From Nitrososphaerota archaeon (GTDB lineage: Archaea > Thermoproteota > Nitrososphaeria_A > Caldarchaeales > Calditenuaceae), in assembly GCA_041641295.1 (NCBI GenBank), contig JBEPYO010000001.1, positions 640,001 through 704,000 of the forward strand: a DNA stretch of 64,000 nt. Direction: 5' to 3'. The notes below the pieces were generated by a model. The model did not search any database and had not been told where the DNA came from. It was given only the letters and a program-made list of their open reading frames with translations. Made by a program: the position numbers and the translations under genes. Below are positions 29,889 through 41,837 of this stretch, one piece after another; position 1 is the first letter of the stretch; the number at the start of each line of letters is the position of its first letter.

Positions 29889-30019
29889 CCCACATACCAG
29901 TCCCGAACCCGGCATTTATACCCTGAAGACCCATGTCTCGATGTAGGGGCTAAGGAATCGATGACCGCACGGTCCCCTAGAATAGAAAAGCATATAATCA
30001 TGTACAATTAAAAAGGTAC

Positions 30020-30424
30020 GTGGCAGTCAGAACTAGGCCTACAGGTGTAACAATTCTAGCGATTCTGGAGATAATAGGTGCGATATTGTCTCTGCTGGGT
30101 GCCGTGTTTTTCTTTACTATTGGAGCATTAGCAGGAGTGGCCCCAGCGGCAGGTCCTTTGGGCGGCTTATTCGCGGTGATCGGGGTCGCCTTTGGCGGGC
30201 TGCTTTTAATCTTGGCCCTAATAGGGTTTGTGCTTGCCTATGGTTTCTGGACGGGGAAGGGTTGGGCGTGGATTCTTGGAATAATATTCTCGATAATCGG
30301 GATAATAATTGGTCTGGCCTCTATTATCGGTAACCCCGCTAGCATAGTAGGCATAATAATAAACGTCTTGATAATATACTATTTGACTAGGCCGCATGTA
30401 AAGGCGTGGTTTGGAAAAGCATAG
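30020..30424 (+). CDS. small 4-TM membrane protein
   Basis: RPTGVTILAIL...GKGWAW...YYLTRPHVKAWF; fully hydrophobic. Confidence 0.8.
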   Translation: MAVRTRPTGVTILAILEIIGAILSLLGAVFFFTIGALAGVAPAAGPLGGLFAVIGVAFGGLLLILALIGFVLAYGFWTGKGWAWILGIIFSIIGIIIGLASIIGNPASIVGIIINVLIIYYLTRPHVKAWFGKA

Positions 30425-30452
30425 TAGGTATACTAGCACACCACTCCTTTTT

Positions 30453-32558
30453 TTAGCTTGGTTTTTCAAAGTATAATATGTCAAGCGGGTGAAATACCTT
30501 CATATGTGCACCATCCTCTATGTGGATTGCGCAGACACTGCTCTCGGTGACTATGGCCTCGACACCTCTTGAGGCGAAGAGTTCGAAGAGCCTAACACCC
30601 ATGGTCTTGGAGAGCCCTCTTCCGATTGGGCCGTGCTTCATTCCAAACGTCCCAGCCATACCACAGCACATGCCATCCTCGATGACCTCTGCCTCCAATC
30701 CTGCAGCGCGCATGAGGGCCACAATATTCTCAGCGCCTGATAGAGGCCTCTGGTGGCACGGCACATGGATGCCGTAGCGCTTCTCGGAGCGGGCTTTCAC
30801 CGCCAACACACCCTCACCAACCAGTCTCCTAAGGACTTGGAGGGCCTCTACAGTGTTTCTCGAAAGGGCCTCAGCCCTCTCATCACCCTTCAGCAGGTAG
30901 GGGTATATGTGTTTCAGTGTGTAGGTCGCGGTGGGCTCGATCGAGACGATACTGTACCCCTGCTCGACATAGCTTGAGAGAAGCTCCACATTCTTGACCG
31001 CGTATTTCTTGGCGCCATCCCAGTCCCCGTAGGCTATTAGTGGATACCCTGAGGTGAGCTGAGGGGGTAGCTCAACCTTCACTCCGGCGAGCTGGAGAGC
31101 TATGACAAGGCTCTCAGCAATCTCCGGCCTACAATAGTTCGGGAAAAAGTCCAAGAAAAGTGCAACGCGGGCCCGTGGGATAGGAACCTCCTGCCTAATA
31201 CGGTTGAATCTCTTGACAAATGTCTCTCTCCTAAACTCTGGGAGTGGTGCTGTGCGGTCGAGGCCGACCAGCTTTTCGAGCAGGAAGCGCGAGGCGCGGG
31301 ATTTTAAGACCCAGTTGCTCACTGGGGCAAGCTGGGATGCAAGCTTTCCGAGGGCCTCGTACCTCATCATCGACCTGTCAGCCTTGGGATAGCCATACCT
31401 CGATGCCAAGAGATTCTTAACCCTCGAGATCATGAGCGGTATGTTGATGGAGATGGGGCAGACCTCTTTGCAGAGCCCGCATGATATGCAGAGATGGGCG
31501 AAGGATGCCTCCCCCAGCCCGTGGATGTTGGCGGTCCAAGGTATGCCGATAGGCCCAGGATATATGTGGCCGAAGATGTGGCCGCCTGTAACGCTGTAGG
31601 GTGCGCATACGTTCATACAGGCGCCGCACCTTATGCAGTATAGAGCCTCCCTGAAGACGTCGTCACCCACCATCCTGCTTCTTCCATTGTCTAGTATGAC
31701 TATGTGCATCTCGCGGGAGCCGTTACCAGCCATAGGAGACCTCCCAGCCATGATGGAGACATATGTAGTGAGTCTCTGCCCCGTCGCAGCGACGGCATGC
31801 GCCCTAGCAAGTATGAGAGCTTCTTCGACCGTCTCAACTATCTTCTCCATGCCGACTAGGACTATCTGGACACGGGGGAGGCTGGAGGTTAGCCTACCGT
31901 TACCCTCGTTCGTTTCTAGGACCACCGCACCCATCTCGGCAATGGCCACGTTGGCTCCGTTGAGGCCTATATCGGCCGTGAGAAAGACTTCGCGGAGTCT
32001 CTGGCGGACATACCTCATAATCTCTTGAATGTCGCTGCTCACTTCTCCGCGAGCTTCTTCTGAGAAGAGCTGGCTCACATCCTCGATGGTCTTGTGTATC
32101 GCTGGGAAGACTAGGTGGCTTGGCTTCTCGCGGGCAAGCTGTATTATCCTCTCGCCCAAGTCTGTCTCGACGACATTGAGGCCTTGGGCCTCAAGCCCCT
32201 CGTTGAGTAGAATCTCCTCACTGGTCAGAGATTTAGACTTGGCTACTAGTCTTGCGCGGGCATCCCTTGCTATCCCCGCTATTATTTTGACCGCCTCATC
32301 TCCGTCGCGGGCGAAATAGACCCTCACCCCCCGCTCCTCAGCATTTCTGGAAAAGACGTCTACCAGCTCGGAGAGCCTCTCGATACTTCTCTCCTTTATC
32401 CTCCTCGCCTCACTCCTGAAGGCCTCATAGTCCCCCATCTCGGCAATGGCTTTCGCCCTGCCCCTGAGGCCTCTAAGCATCGCGGCGTACAGGCCTCTTA
32501 CTGGCCCCTGCCTGAGCCTCCGCCTCACCCTCTCCTCCAGAGCACCGTAAGGTGTCAA
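30453..32558 (-). CDS. LutB-like LUD/4Fe-4S protein fused to C-terminal CCG domains (LutA/GlcF-like)
   Basis: KSKSLTSEEI, ETDLGE, PSHLVFPAIH, TNEGNG, CIRCGACMNVC, CISCGLCKEVCP, HVPCH, CCGMAG. Confidence 0.88.
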   Translation of the reverse strand: MTPYGALEERVRRRLRQGPVRGLYAAMLRGLRGRAKAIAEMGDYEAFRSEARRIKERSIERLSELVDVFSRNAEERGVRVYFARDGDEAVKIIAGIARDARARLVAKSKSLTSEEILLNEGLEAQGLNVVETDLGERIIQLAREKPSHLVFPAIHKTIEDVSQLFSEEARGEVSSDIQEIMRYVRQRLREVFLTADIGLNGANVAIAEMGAVVLETNEGNGRLTSSLPRVQIVLVGMEKIVETVEEALILARAHAVAATGQRLTTYVSIMAGRSPMAGNGSREMHIVILDNGRSRMVGDDVFREALYCIRCGACMNVCAPYSVTGGHIFGHIYPGPIGIPWTANIHGLGEASFAHLCISCGLCKEVCPISINIPLMISRVKNLLASRYGYPKADRSMMRYEALGKLASQLAPVSNWVLKSRASRFLLEKLVGLDRTAPLPEFRRETFVKRFNRIRQEVPIPRARVALFLDFFPNYCRPEIAESLVIALQLAGVKVELPPQLTSGYPLIAYGDWDGAKKYAVKNVELLSSYVEQGYSIVSIEPTATYTLKHIYPYLLKGDERAEALSRNTVEALQVLRRLVGEGVLAVKARSEKRYGIHVPCHQRPLSGAENIVALMRAAGLEAEVIEDGMCCGMAGTFGMKHGPIGRGLSKTMGVRLFELFASRGVEAIVTESSVCAIHIEDGAHMKVFHPLDILYFEKPS

Positions 32559-32564
32559 CTCAGC

Positions 32565-33107
32565 CTACACCTCGAGTATGACCTTGACGATGTGCGGTCC
32601 ATGGACTCCTATAACCTGTCTTAGCTCGATATCGGCGGTCCTACTTGGCCCTGATATTATTGTGGCTGCGAAGGCTTTTTGCTTAGATGCCCGTCTTATG
32701 AGTGGGGCAGCATCCAGCAGTCCTTCCAAGATTTTTGAAGACTCTAGGTATGCGATGTGGGTTGGGGGCAGGGTTGAGACCAGTCTGTCGGAGTCGTCGT
32801 AGCAGATCTCCAGGATTGAGCCTGTCTCGGCTATTCCAGCCTCTGGGAAGGATATGCCTAGGCTGCAGTTAGCTATCTCGGTGGGTTGGGCATGGGGTCC
32901 AACAAGCCTAGATACCCCGTCCAGACTATTCCTGATGCTTTCGAGACGTTTTTCATCGCATGTGGCTATTGCTTCTGGGCCGGAAGAGGCCCTCGCCTCC
33001 CTCACGATGAAGTCTAGGACCTCGTCCCAGCTCTGCACAAGCTCCACCACACCCCCCTGCTCCCTAAACCTCTCGATGAAGAGGCCCACTCTCTCGCTTA
33101 TGCGCAT
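32565..33107 (-). CDS. LutC/YkgG LUD-domain protein
   Basis: GIAETGS, STLPPTHI, ISGPSRTADIE, GVHGP. Confidence 0.9.
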   Translation of the reverse strand: MRISERVGLFIERFREQGGVVELVQSWDEVLDFIVREARASSGPEAIATCDEKRLESIRNSLDGVSRLVGPHAQPTEIANCSLGISFPEAGIAETGSILEICYDDSDRLVSTLPPTHIAYLESSKILEGLLDAAPLIRRASKQKAFAATIISGPSRTADIELRQVIGVHGPHIVKVILEV

Positions 33108-33229
33108 ATGACCATCAAGGCTAAAATTCCTCTATATATGAGCGTTACCATCTCACGGAACTCTAGCAGACCATGCATCTAAACTGTGTGAGAGAACCTT
33201 TAAAACGCCTCAAAGTGCAGATATCTGGT

Positions 33230-35722
33230 GTGCGCCTGTTCATCAAGGTTTTGGAGGACTATCCCGAACTCTTCGGCGTAAAGGAGGTTAATGGTCGGAG
33301 GGTCTCTGTGGAGGAGTTGATTGAGAAGATCGCTCTCGAGCTTGGGCCCGAGATTGACAGGGTTCTTGAGGAGAGGAGAAGGTGGCTTGAGGATGATCGG
33401 CCCCTCTCGGCGAAGGGTGCATTCCCCGACTGGGGAGAAGTGTTCATGGATGCGGATGGGAACAGGAGAACCTTCCGAGAGATAGTCCAAGGAATGATCG
33501 ACAACTTTCTCGGACGAGACACGTCGCTTAGGTGGAGGCTCAACGAGAACGTCCCGATACCTGACGATGCGCATCCGCTCAAGAATCCTGGCCTGGAGAT
33601 CACTGGGCCTTGGCATCCGCTTAGCAGGGCGATAAACCAGATCAATTCTGACGTCGCGGTGGCTTTCGAGGATGAGGAGGACGCTTCTCCCGCCATGTAT
33701 ATTCCCTACGGCTCCAAGGATAAGTGTGCTGCTGTCTGGGAGGCTAGGAGGAATGTTAAGAGGGTTCTAGCGGGTGAGCTGCCCTCCGAGTATGTTGAGC
33801 GTGGGAAAATATACAGGGTGGAGAAGCCGCGGCATAGGTGGCCGACAGTCTTCCACAGGCTGCCGGGAATACATCTGCTGGACTTTGACGTCCTCTTGGA
33901 CGGGAAGCCTATACCATCCATTATTACCTCGGCGGTCATCTACACTCTGAACAACTACGAGTCTCTGAAGAGAGCGGGCTCCGGTGTCTACTTCTACATC
34001 CCCAAGATTCAGACGCCAAGTGAGGCACTGGTTGTAGAGAAGCTCCTGAGGATGATAGAGGGCGCAATAGGTGTCCAGTATGGCACCATCAAGATCGCCA
34101 TGCTCTATGAGGAGGGGCAGGCAGGCCGGTATCTTCCAGCAATACTCTGGGTCTGGAGGGAGAGGCTCATCAAGTCGAGTAATGGTAGGTGGGACTACCT
34201 CGGCAGCCTGATAGAGATGTGGAAGGAGGAGAGGGTCTTCCCTGATCCGCAGAACATTACGATGAGCTCGCCGAACATGATAGTATACCAGAGGTATAAT
34301 GCGCTCATGATGCTAATGGCTGGTCTGAGGAACGGCGAGGCAGATTCGGCTCCTGTGGGCGGTATGGCGGCAGTCATGCTCTACCCAGCCACAGACCCCT
34401 ACCGCCGCAACAAATACAACCTCAAAGCCCTCAGGGACATAAAGCTCGACAAACTCCGCGAGCGCCTACTCGGCCTGATATTTGTCCCAGAGGAGCCGTT
34501 GCTTGAGGGCCGCAAAGTCACCCTCGAGGACGTCCTCTCAGGCAGGGTCAGGGGAAAGCTCTACGACGTGTTCAGGCAGAGCTGGGTTGCAACTAAGGAG
34601 GAGTCCTACGTCGCCGCGGGAAATGAGCCGCTGCGAGCAGACGTGTCTATGCTCCAGCGGATAATAGACGCCGAGGTCAGGCTTGAGAATGTTGAGGGGA
34701 TGGTGCTACCCACGGTGGACAGCGGGCTGACAGAGGGTGAGAGGAAGAGGTTTCAGATGCTTGGACTGCTGGACTCTGATGGAAGGATTATGCCATGGGT
34801 CATTCCTAGGGAGGAGGTGGAGACGCCTGAGAAGCTCTTCTCAAGCCGTATCTGGGGAGATAAGGACCTGTGGCACGGCCTATACGACCCACCAAGCGGA
34901 GACATAACAGTCGAGCATATCCAGCACGCATTCTACATGGCAGCCAACTACGGCTTCCAAGTCCTAAACGGAAACCTCGCAGCAGCCATCGACGACTACG
35001 AGCTCAGGCAGAGATTCATGAACGACCTCGCAACCTACAGAATCTTCGTCTCTTGGCTCTGGACTCTGATACGCCACCGCGCAAAGATCACCAAGCCAGG
35101 GAGTCTTAAGGCCCCTAGCCTCACGGAGATTGGCGTCATACCCGCGATTGATAAGGTTAGGGTCGAGGATGGGACTGTCTTTTCTGAAGAGCTCTTCAAC
35201 ACTCTCTGGGAGCTTCACAACGAGTGGGTTAAGGCCTTCTACGAGGAGCAAGACAGGTTGGCCGCCACTAGGATTGTGTCTGGGGTTCTTGGGGCGGGAG
35301 CAGTGCGTAGCGAGCTTGTGGAGCTGATACTCCCGGTTATTAGGCGGGCCTATGGGGTAGGCCCCTTCAGAGACCTATCACTGGAAGAGGCTGCGAAGGC
35401 GGTAGCCGCGATGCTCAACGTCGATTCCCGCACTGCTCAGAGAGAAGTTGAGCTTAACGCACCCCGCTTCGACAGGTCTAAGGCGCCCATCATAATGGAG
35501 GTTCTCAGGAGGCAGCTAACCTCGCCCCGCTATATACAGCACAGCGCCAGACTCCTCTTCACCATGGCCAGCATGAGTGATGAAGAGGGAAAGCACCTCC
35601 TCGAGGCGGTCTTCGCTCCATCGAGAAGCGAAGTCGTTGATAAGGTTAGGCGCGGCCTGCTCGATAAGAGATACCTCGAGTTACACGACTACATCTACGA
35701 CTACAGGCCGATTGGAGTCTAA
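33230..35722 (+). CDS. malate synthase (large archaeal type)
   Basis: EITGP, DEEDAS, FYIPK, NGRWDYLGSLI, VGGMAA, MNDLATYRI. GTG at 33230 lies about 25 nt after TTTAAAA. Confidence 0.82.
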   Translation: MRLFIKVLEDYPELFGVKEVNGRRVSVEELIEKIALELGPEIDRVLEERRRWLEDDRPLSAKGAFPDWGEVFMDADGNRRTFREIVQGMIDNFLGRDTSLRWRLNENVPIPDDAHPLKNPGLEITGPWHPLSRAINQINSDVAVAFEDEEDASPAMYIPYGSKDKCAAVWEARRNVKRVLAGELPSEYVERGKIYRVEKPRHRWPTVFHRLPGIHLLDFDVLLDGKPIPSIITSAVIYTLNNYESLKRAGSGVYFYIPKIQTPSEALVVEKLLRMIEGAIGVQYGTIKIAMLYEEGQAGRYLPAILWVWRERLIKSSNGRWDYLGSLIEMWKEERVFPDPQNITMSSPNMIVYQRYNALMMLMAGLRNGEADSAPVGGMAAVMLYPATDPYRRNKYNLKALRDIKLDKLRERLLGLIFVPEEPLLEGRKVTLEDVLSGRVRGKLYDVFRQSWVATKEESYVAAGNEPLRADVSMLQRIIDAEVRLENVEGMVLPTVDSGLTEGERKRFQMLGLLDSDGRIMPWVIPREEVETPEKLFSSRIWGDKDLWHGLYDPPSGDITVEHIQHAFYMAANYGFQVLNGNLAAAIDDYELRQRFMNDLATYRIFVSWLWTLIRHRAKITKPGSLKAPSLTEIGVIPAIDKVRVEDGTVFSEELFNTLWELHNEWVKAFYEEQDRLAATRIVSGVLGAGAVRSELVELILPVIRRAYGVGPFRDLSLEEAAKAVAAMLNVDSRTAQREVELNAPRFDRSKAPIIMEVLRRQLTSPRYIQHSARLLFTMASMSDEEGKHLLEAVFAPSRSEVVDKVRRGLLDKRYLELHDYIYDYRPIGV

Positions 35723-37669
35723 CTATCTACCGGATTTCTTAGGTGGCGCTCGCTTCCAGTAGTCTATGAGGGGGAGCCAGACGGTCATAACCGAGTCACC
35801 CCTATTCGCCCACGCATAGTAGGGGATAGCGTTCACCCTAGTCTTTCTCCTACCCAGCATAGGGGCTTCGACGCTCCTGTAGAGCCGCCCAGACCAGCCC
35901 GCAGAGTCTGCCACCCAAGCATCAAAGGAGAGCGTGGCTACCCCTCCGAGCAACTCTCTCCGAAACCTCTCCCGGAAGACTGTGCCCCTCTCCAACGCCA
36001 CCAGCCTCGGGTCTACCCTATTGTCAACACTCTCAAGGCAGTAGACAGTAGGGCCCCGCGCCAGCGCTACATGTCCTACATTATTCCGCACGTAGGGGTG
36101 TGAGGCAATCTTTCTAACCTTCATAGGGAAGCTGGCTTTGACTGTAGTCCTACCCCTCCACTTCCTCCTAAGCTCGAAGTATGTCGAAGGCCTCGGCCGG
36201 TAGACCCGGCCATCCACATTTACACGCGGCTCATCACACCAGCCCGGAACCCTGAGGAGGAGTGAGAAGGTTGCAGGCTCTTCACACTCGACCGTCATCT
36301 TAACCTCACCCCGCCAAGGATAGTCGGTCTCCTGCCTAAACACCACCCCAACGCCATCCAGATTCACGGTGGCTTTGCTCGAGCCATAGAGGTGTACCCA
36401 TAAACCCCTCTCAGAGGTTGAGTAGAAGTAGCCTGGAAGAGAGGTAAGCAGCCTCGCGATGTTTGGAGGGCAGCAAGCACATGGGAACCAAGGCGACCTA
36501 GAGTATCCTCCGCTCGAGGCCAAGGGGTTCATGTAGAAGTACCTTGTTCCGTCCAAGGATATGCCGGATAGGATAGAGTTGTAGAGAGCTAGCTCCATTA
36601 TGTCCGCAAACCTAGCCTCGCCCATCGCGAGAAGCATCCGCCAGTTCCACATGAAGCTCGCTATGGAGGCGCATGTCTCGGCATAGGCCCTCTCATTCGG
36701 GAGTTCATAATCATCGCCGAATGCCTCTGAGACATATCTGGACCCAGCCGCCCCCGTGATGTACATCTTTCTCTCTACGAAGTTGCGCCAGAGCCGCTCC
36801 ATCGCATCTAAGAGACTCCTCTCGCCCGTCTCCATGTAGAGGTCAGTGACTCCACAGTTTAGGTAGAGTGCCCTAACGGCGTGGCCGACGATCTCGCTGA
36901 GTTCGCGGACGGGAGCGTGGTCGACAAAATATGACGCGCCACCAAATATCCTGTAGAGGGCGTTGCTTAACCGGTCCTCCGGCGGAGGCCTCAGACTGTC
37001 TCTACCCCTCTCGTTTATGAAGAACTCGGCCGTCTCGAGGTATCTTTTCTCGCCCGTCTCTCTGTAGAGCTCTATTAGCGCCATCTCAATCTCTGGGTGT
37101 CCGCACACACCCCTTATCCCATCAGGGTTGAAGGTCTCGGCTATCAGGTTGGCAAACTTGACTGCAGCCCAGAAGAGCTTCTCCTCACCGACAGACCTGT
37201 GAAGCGCTATTGCCCCCTGAATCAGGTGGCCTGCACAGTAAAGCTCATGGTCAAATGTCAGGTTCTGCCAGCGACGCTCAGGCGCGCCGTGGTGCTCGGT
37301 GAAGAGGTAGCCATCCTCCTCCTGTGCGGCTACGATGTCGTCTATAACACTCTCTACAACCCCTTTTAGCTCGTCCTCCTTTCTTTTGGCGAGGTAGTAG
37401 CCGCACGCCTCCAACCACTTGTAAACGTCCGAGTCATCGAAGACGAAGAGTGAGCGTAGAGGCCTCTCAGAAGTCCTTCCAGCCGCCCACCTAAACCTCT
37501 TAAGCCTGTCACTCTCCTCCAGCATCCTATACTGGTGCCAGATCGCTTCTCTGGCAGTCTCTCCCACCCATCTCCCCCAGAACCCACCAACAATATCGAC
37601 ATTGTCTATAGGTACAGGCCTTAAACAGGCGTGAGGGCTCCTCGAAACATTAACCACGTTGACTGGCAT
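35723..37669 (-). CDS. glycoside hydrolase family 127 (beta-L-arabinofuranosidase-like)
   Basis: DSDVYKWLEA, HELYCAGH, GHPEIE, GHAVRA, YAETCA, CACCPPN, IPYYAWANRG. Confidence 0.93.
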   Translation of the reverse strand: MPVNVVNVSRSPHACLRPVPIDNVDIVGGFWGRWVGETAREAIWHQYRMLEESDRLKRFRWAAGRTSERPLRSLFVFDDSDVYKWLEACGYYLAKRKEDELKGVVESVIDDIVAAQEEDGYLFTEHHGAPERRWQNLTFDHELYCAGHLIQGAIALHRSVGEEKLFWAAVKFANLIAETFNPDGIRGVCGHPEIEMALIELYRETGEKRYLETAEFFINERGRDSLRPPPEDRLSNALYRIFGGASYFVDHAPVRELSEIVGHAVRALYLNCGVTDLYMETGERSLLDAMERLWRNFVERKMYITGAAGSRYVSEAFGDDYELPNERAYAETCASIASFMWNWRMLLAMGEARFADIMELALYNSILSGISLDGTRYFYMNPLASSGGYSRSPWFPCACCPPNIARLLTSLPGYFYSTSERGLWVHLYGSSKATVNLDGVGVVFRQETDYPWRGEVKMTVECEEPATFSLLLRVPGWCDEPRVNVDGRVYRPRPSTYFELRRKWRGRTTVKASFPMKVRKIASHPYVRNNVGHVALARGPTVYCLESVDNRVDPRLVALERGTVFRERFRRELLGGVATLSFDAWVADSAGWSGRLYRSVEAPMLGRRKTRVNAIPYYAWANRGDSVMTVWLPLIDYWKRAPPKKSGR

Positions 37670-37757
37670 TCGAAAATTCCTTGAACCCTACTCCAAAATA
37701 TGTCTTTAATCGATGACCCAGTGTGGCTGAGACACACGAACAATCCGCGACGCATAG

Positions 37758-39147
<1,390 letters not shown>

Positions 39148-39240
39148 GCATCTGGTGAACGTGTTATGCCGAATTTATACTGGTGGTTGAAATTTTGTCT
39201 TTTATGCTGTAAAATTATTGTTAAAGGCGTAAAGTTAAAT

Positions 39241-39253
39241 ATAACGGCGTTAT
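39241..39253. promoter_or_regulatory. palindrome ATAACG-G-CGTTAT between TATA box and phnD start; candidate operator
   Basis: Perfect 6-bp arms directly after TTAAAT (39235-39240), 13 nt before the ATG. Confidence 0.35.
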
Positions 39254-39266
39254 CAGAAGCCATGCG

Positions 39267-40205
39267 ATGGAGAAAAAGAAGGTAATTGCTCTAACTATCG
39301 CAGCAGCTGTAATATTCGTCGCGGCTGCTCTTCTAAGCCTTCAAACCCTCACACCGAGACCTGGAATTACAAAGATAATACTGGCTATACAGCCGACACA
39401 AAACCCCCTAGACATAGCCGAGTCGTCCAAGAATCTTAAGGAGTTTCTCGAGAAGAGGCTGGGACTCCGGGTAGAAGTGTATATACCGACCGACTATGCA
39501 GGCGTCATAGAGGGGCTTAGGTTCAAAAATGTCCACGTCGCCCTTATGGGGTCCTGGCCCGCATACCTAGCAGTCAAGAATGCGGGCGCCGAGCTCCTAC
39601 TCGCAGAGGTTAGGACTGTCGCGGTGGGGGATCAAAAAGTCAACGCGACCTACTATTACTCGTACTGGATTGTTCTAAAGGATAGCCCATACAAGTCGAT
39701 CGAGGAGCTAAAAGGGAAGCGCGCCTGCTTCCCCAGCCCCATATCCTCTTCAGGCTTCCTAGCCCCTATGGCGCGGCTGGTTGAGCTTGGCCTTCTCAAG
39801 CGTGGAAGCGGAGAGCCTGTAAACCCGCGCGAATTCTTCGGCGAAGTCATCTTCGGTGGAGGGTATGGCCAGTGTTGGGAGGCACTTCGCGCGGGGCAGG
39901 TTGACGTAACAGTAATGGCGGGCGACGTGTCATACGAGCTCTACACCAAGGCCATGGGCTCGTCAAGAGTTCTAGAGACTCAAGGCCCCCTGCCTTCACA
40001 TGGTGTAGTAGTCTCATCGGACCTGCCCGACAGCCTCAAACAGAGGATAAAGGAGGCGTTCCTAGAGCTTTCAAAGCCCGAGTACAGGGATTTGATGAAA
40101 CGGCTAGTCTCGGCCCTGTTTGTAGGATTTGAGCCTAAGACCACCAGCGACCACCTCGGCACTCTTGAGAAATACATTGAGGAGACGGGGTTACAGTATA
40201 CTTGA
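39267..40205 (+). CDS. phnD: phosphate/phosphite/phosphonate ABC substrate-binding protein
   Basis: DYAGVIEGLR, YYYSYWIV, SPISSSGFLAP, GGYGQ; in operon with phnC and phnE homologues. Confidence 0.85.
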   Translation: MEKKKVIALTIAAAVIFVAAALLSLQTLTPRPGITKIILAIQPTQNPLDIAESSKNLKEFLEKRLGLRVEVYIPTDYAGVIEGLRFKNVHVALMGSWPAYLAVKNAGAELLLAEVRTVAVGDQKVNATYYYSYWIVLKDSPYKSIEELKGKRACFPSPISSSGFLAPMARLVELGLLKRGSGEPVNPREFFGEVIFGGGYGQCWEALRAGQVDVTVMAGDVSYELYTKAMGSSRVLETQGPLPSHGVVVSSDLPDSLKQRIKEAFLELSKPEYRDLMKRLVSALFVGFEPKTTSDHLGTLEKYIEETGLQYT

Positions 40206-40936
40206 GTAGCATCTTAGAAGCGAAGAATGTATGGTTCACGTACGATTCTAGAAACTATACACTCAAGGATATTTCGCTATCCATCGAGGCTGGTAAAATA
40301 TACATGGTGTTTGGTAGAAGCGGTGCAGGTAAGTCAACACTCCTAAAGATACTGAAAGGAATACTCAAACCATCACGCGGTGAAGTACTCTTTATGGGGC
40401 GGCCCACAACTTCAATCGATACAGCCAAGAGAGCATATAGCGTCATAGGATATATTCCCCAGGGATTCGGCATAGTCTCCAACATCTCCGTGCTTGACAA
40501 CGTCTTAGTAGGTGCTCTCGCCAGGGTTCCTCTACTCCACTCCATCTTAGGGCAATTCCCCAAGGAAGAGAGAGATAGGGCTGAGGAGATATTGGAAATG
40601 ATGGGGCTCGCCCAGTTTAAGTACCAGAAAGTCTCCCAGCTGAGCGGGGGTCAGAGGCAGCGAGTAGCTATTGCGAGAGCTTTGATGCAGAAGCCCCAGG
40701 TCATACTGGCTGACGAGTTTGTGAGCCAGCTTGACCCACTGACTGCCCTAGAGGTGCTAGACGTTTTCCGCGAACTCGCTGACAAGAGGGGAATAGCCAC
40801 AGTCATAACAAGCCACGACATCCACCTCGCCTCAAGGTATGCGGACAAAGTATTGGTCCTGAGGGATGGTCAATTTAAGCTCTGTAAGGATGGGCGAAGC
40901 GTCTCCGAGTCAGACTTAATCGCAGCCATGAGGTGA
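40202..40936 (+). CDS. phnC: phosphonate-type ABC ATP-binding protein
   Basis: GRSGAGKST, VLDNVLVGAL, LSGGQRQRVAIARALMQ, LADEFVSQLD. Confidence 0.87.
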   Translation: MSSILEAKNVWFTYDSRNYTLKDISLSIEAGKIYMVFGRSGAGKSTLLKILKGILKPSRGEVLFMGRPTTSIDTAKRAYSVIGYIPQGFGIVSNISVLDNVLVGALARVPLLHSILGQFPKEERDRAEEILEMMGLAQFKYQKVSQLSGGQRQRVAIARALMQKPQVILADEFVSQLDPLTALEVLDVFRELADKRGIATVITSHDIHLASRYADKVLVLRDGQFKLCKDGRSVSESDLIAAMR

Positions 40937-41694
40937 GGCTCTTCTTGAAAATCAAATATAGCGGGCGAATAATCATACTAGTGCTATTCTTTTTCTCGCT
41001 GTGGCAGACAGGATTTTTCGACCCAGACCGCGTCGCGAGGATACAGAATATTGGGCCATTCTTAGCTGGAATGCTTCCACCAGACCTCACGATTATCCCA
41101 CAAGTCCTCTCCGCAGTTTACGAGACAGTCGTCATGGCTTTCGCTGGAACACTAATGGGTGGCGCGCTTGCCCTGGCCCTAGCAATATTCAGTACGAGGC
41201 TTCTATTTCCCCCGCCTATCATGGCTCTTTTCCGGACAATACTCGCCCTGATAAGGACTATACCAGCGATACTATGGGCCTTGATATTCGTAGTCATAGC
41301 TGGCTTCGGCCCTTTCGCTGGAGTGCTAGCCATAACATTCTACACTACGGGCTATCTTGGAAAACTCTTCTACGAAGCCTTCGACTCTGTGAGTAGTGAA
41401 GTCTTGGAGGCGGTTAGGGGGGTTGGAGCCTCGAGACTCCAGCAGCTAAGATTCGCAATCCTCCCGGAGTCAGCGAACTACATCCTTAGCCAGCTACTCT
41501 TCATCTTCGAATACAATGTCAGAGCCTCCACTATCGTCGGCCTAGTAGGTGCAGGAGGGGTAGGATACCTGATACTAGCCCTAGTCCAGTCGCTGAGATA
41601 CAGCGGCCTCCTAACAACCATACTGATACTGCTAGCATTTGTACTCGCGATAGATTTTATCAGCTCGAAGGTTAGGTCGAGATACTTCACCTGA
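40933..41694 (+). CDS. phnE: phosphonate-type ABC permease
   Basis: RTIPAILWALIFV, GYLGKLFYE, FEYNVRASTIVGLVGAGGVG. Confidence 0.9.
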   Translation: MRLFLKIKYSGRIIILVLFFFSLWQTGFFDPDRVARIQNIGPFLAGMLPPDLTIIPQVLSAVYETVVMAFAGTLMGGALALALAIFSTRLLFPPPIMALFRTILALIRTIPAILWALIFVVIAGFGPFAGVLAITFYTTGYLGKLFYEAFDSVSSEVLEAVRGVGASRLQQLRFAILPESANYILSQLLFIFEYNVRASTIVGLVGAGGVGYLILALVQSLRYSGLLTTILILLAFVLAIDFISSKVRSRYFT

Positions 41695-41837
41695 GCGATC
41701 TAAGCCGTGAGACATAGTTCTAGGCATGACCTTCCTCTGGACCCTGTATGACACGCCTTACAGGCTCACACCCCGACAACACTCCCATCCCTGCTAAGCG
41801 TCTCCACGCTCTTTTACATCCCTGAACCACTGATACT

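Noticed and set aside
29217-30011. 264-aa plus-strand ORF antisense to the RPA-like gene
   Set aside because: Pro/Leu/His/Gln-rich composition typical of a shadow frame; no motifs; almost entirely overlaps a credible gene.
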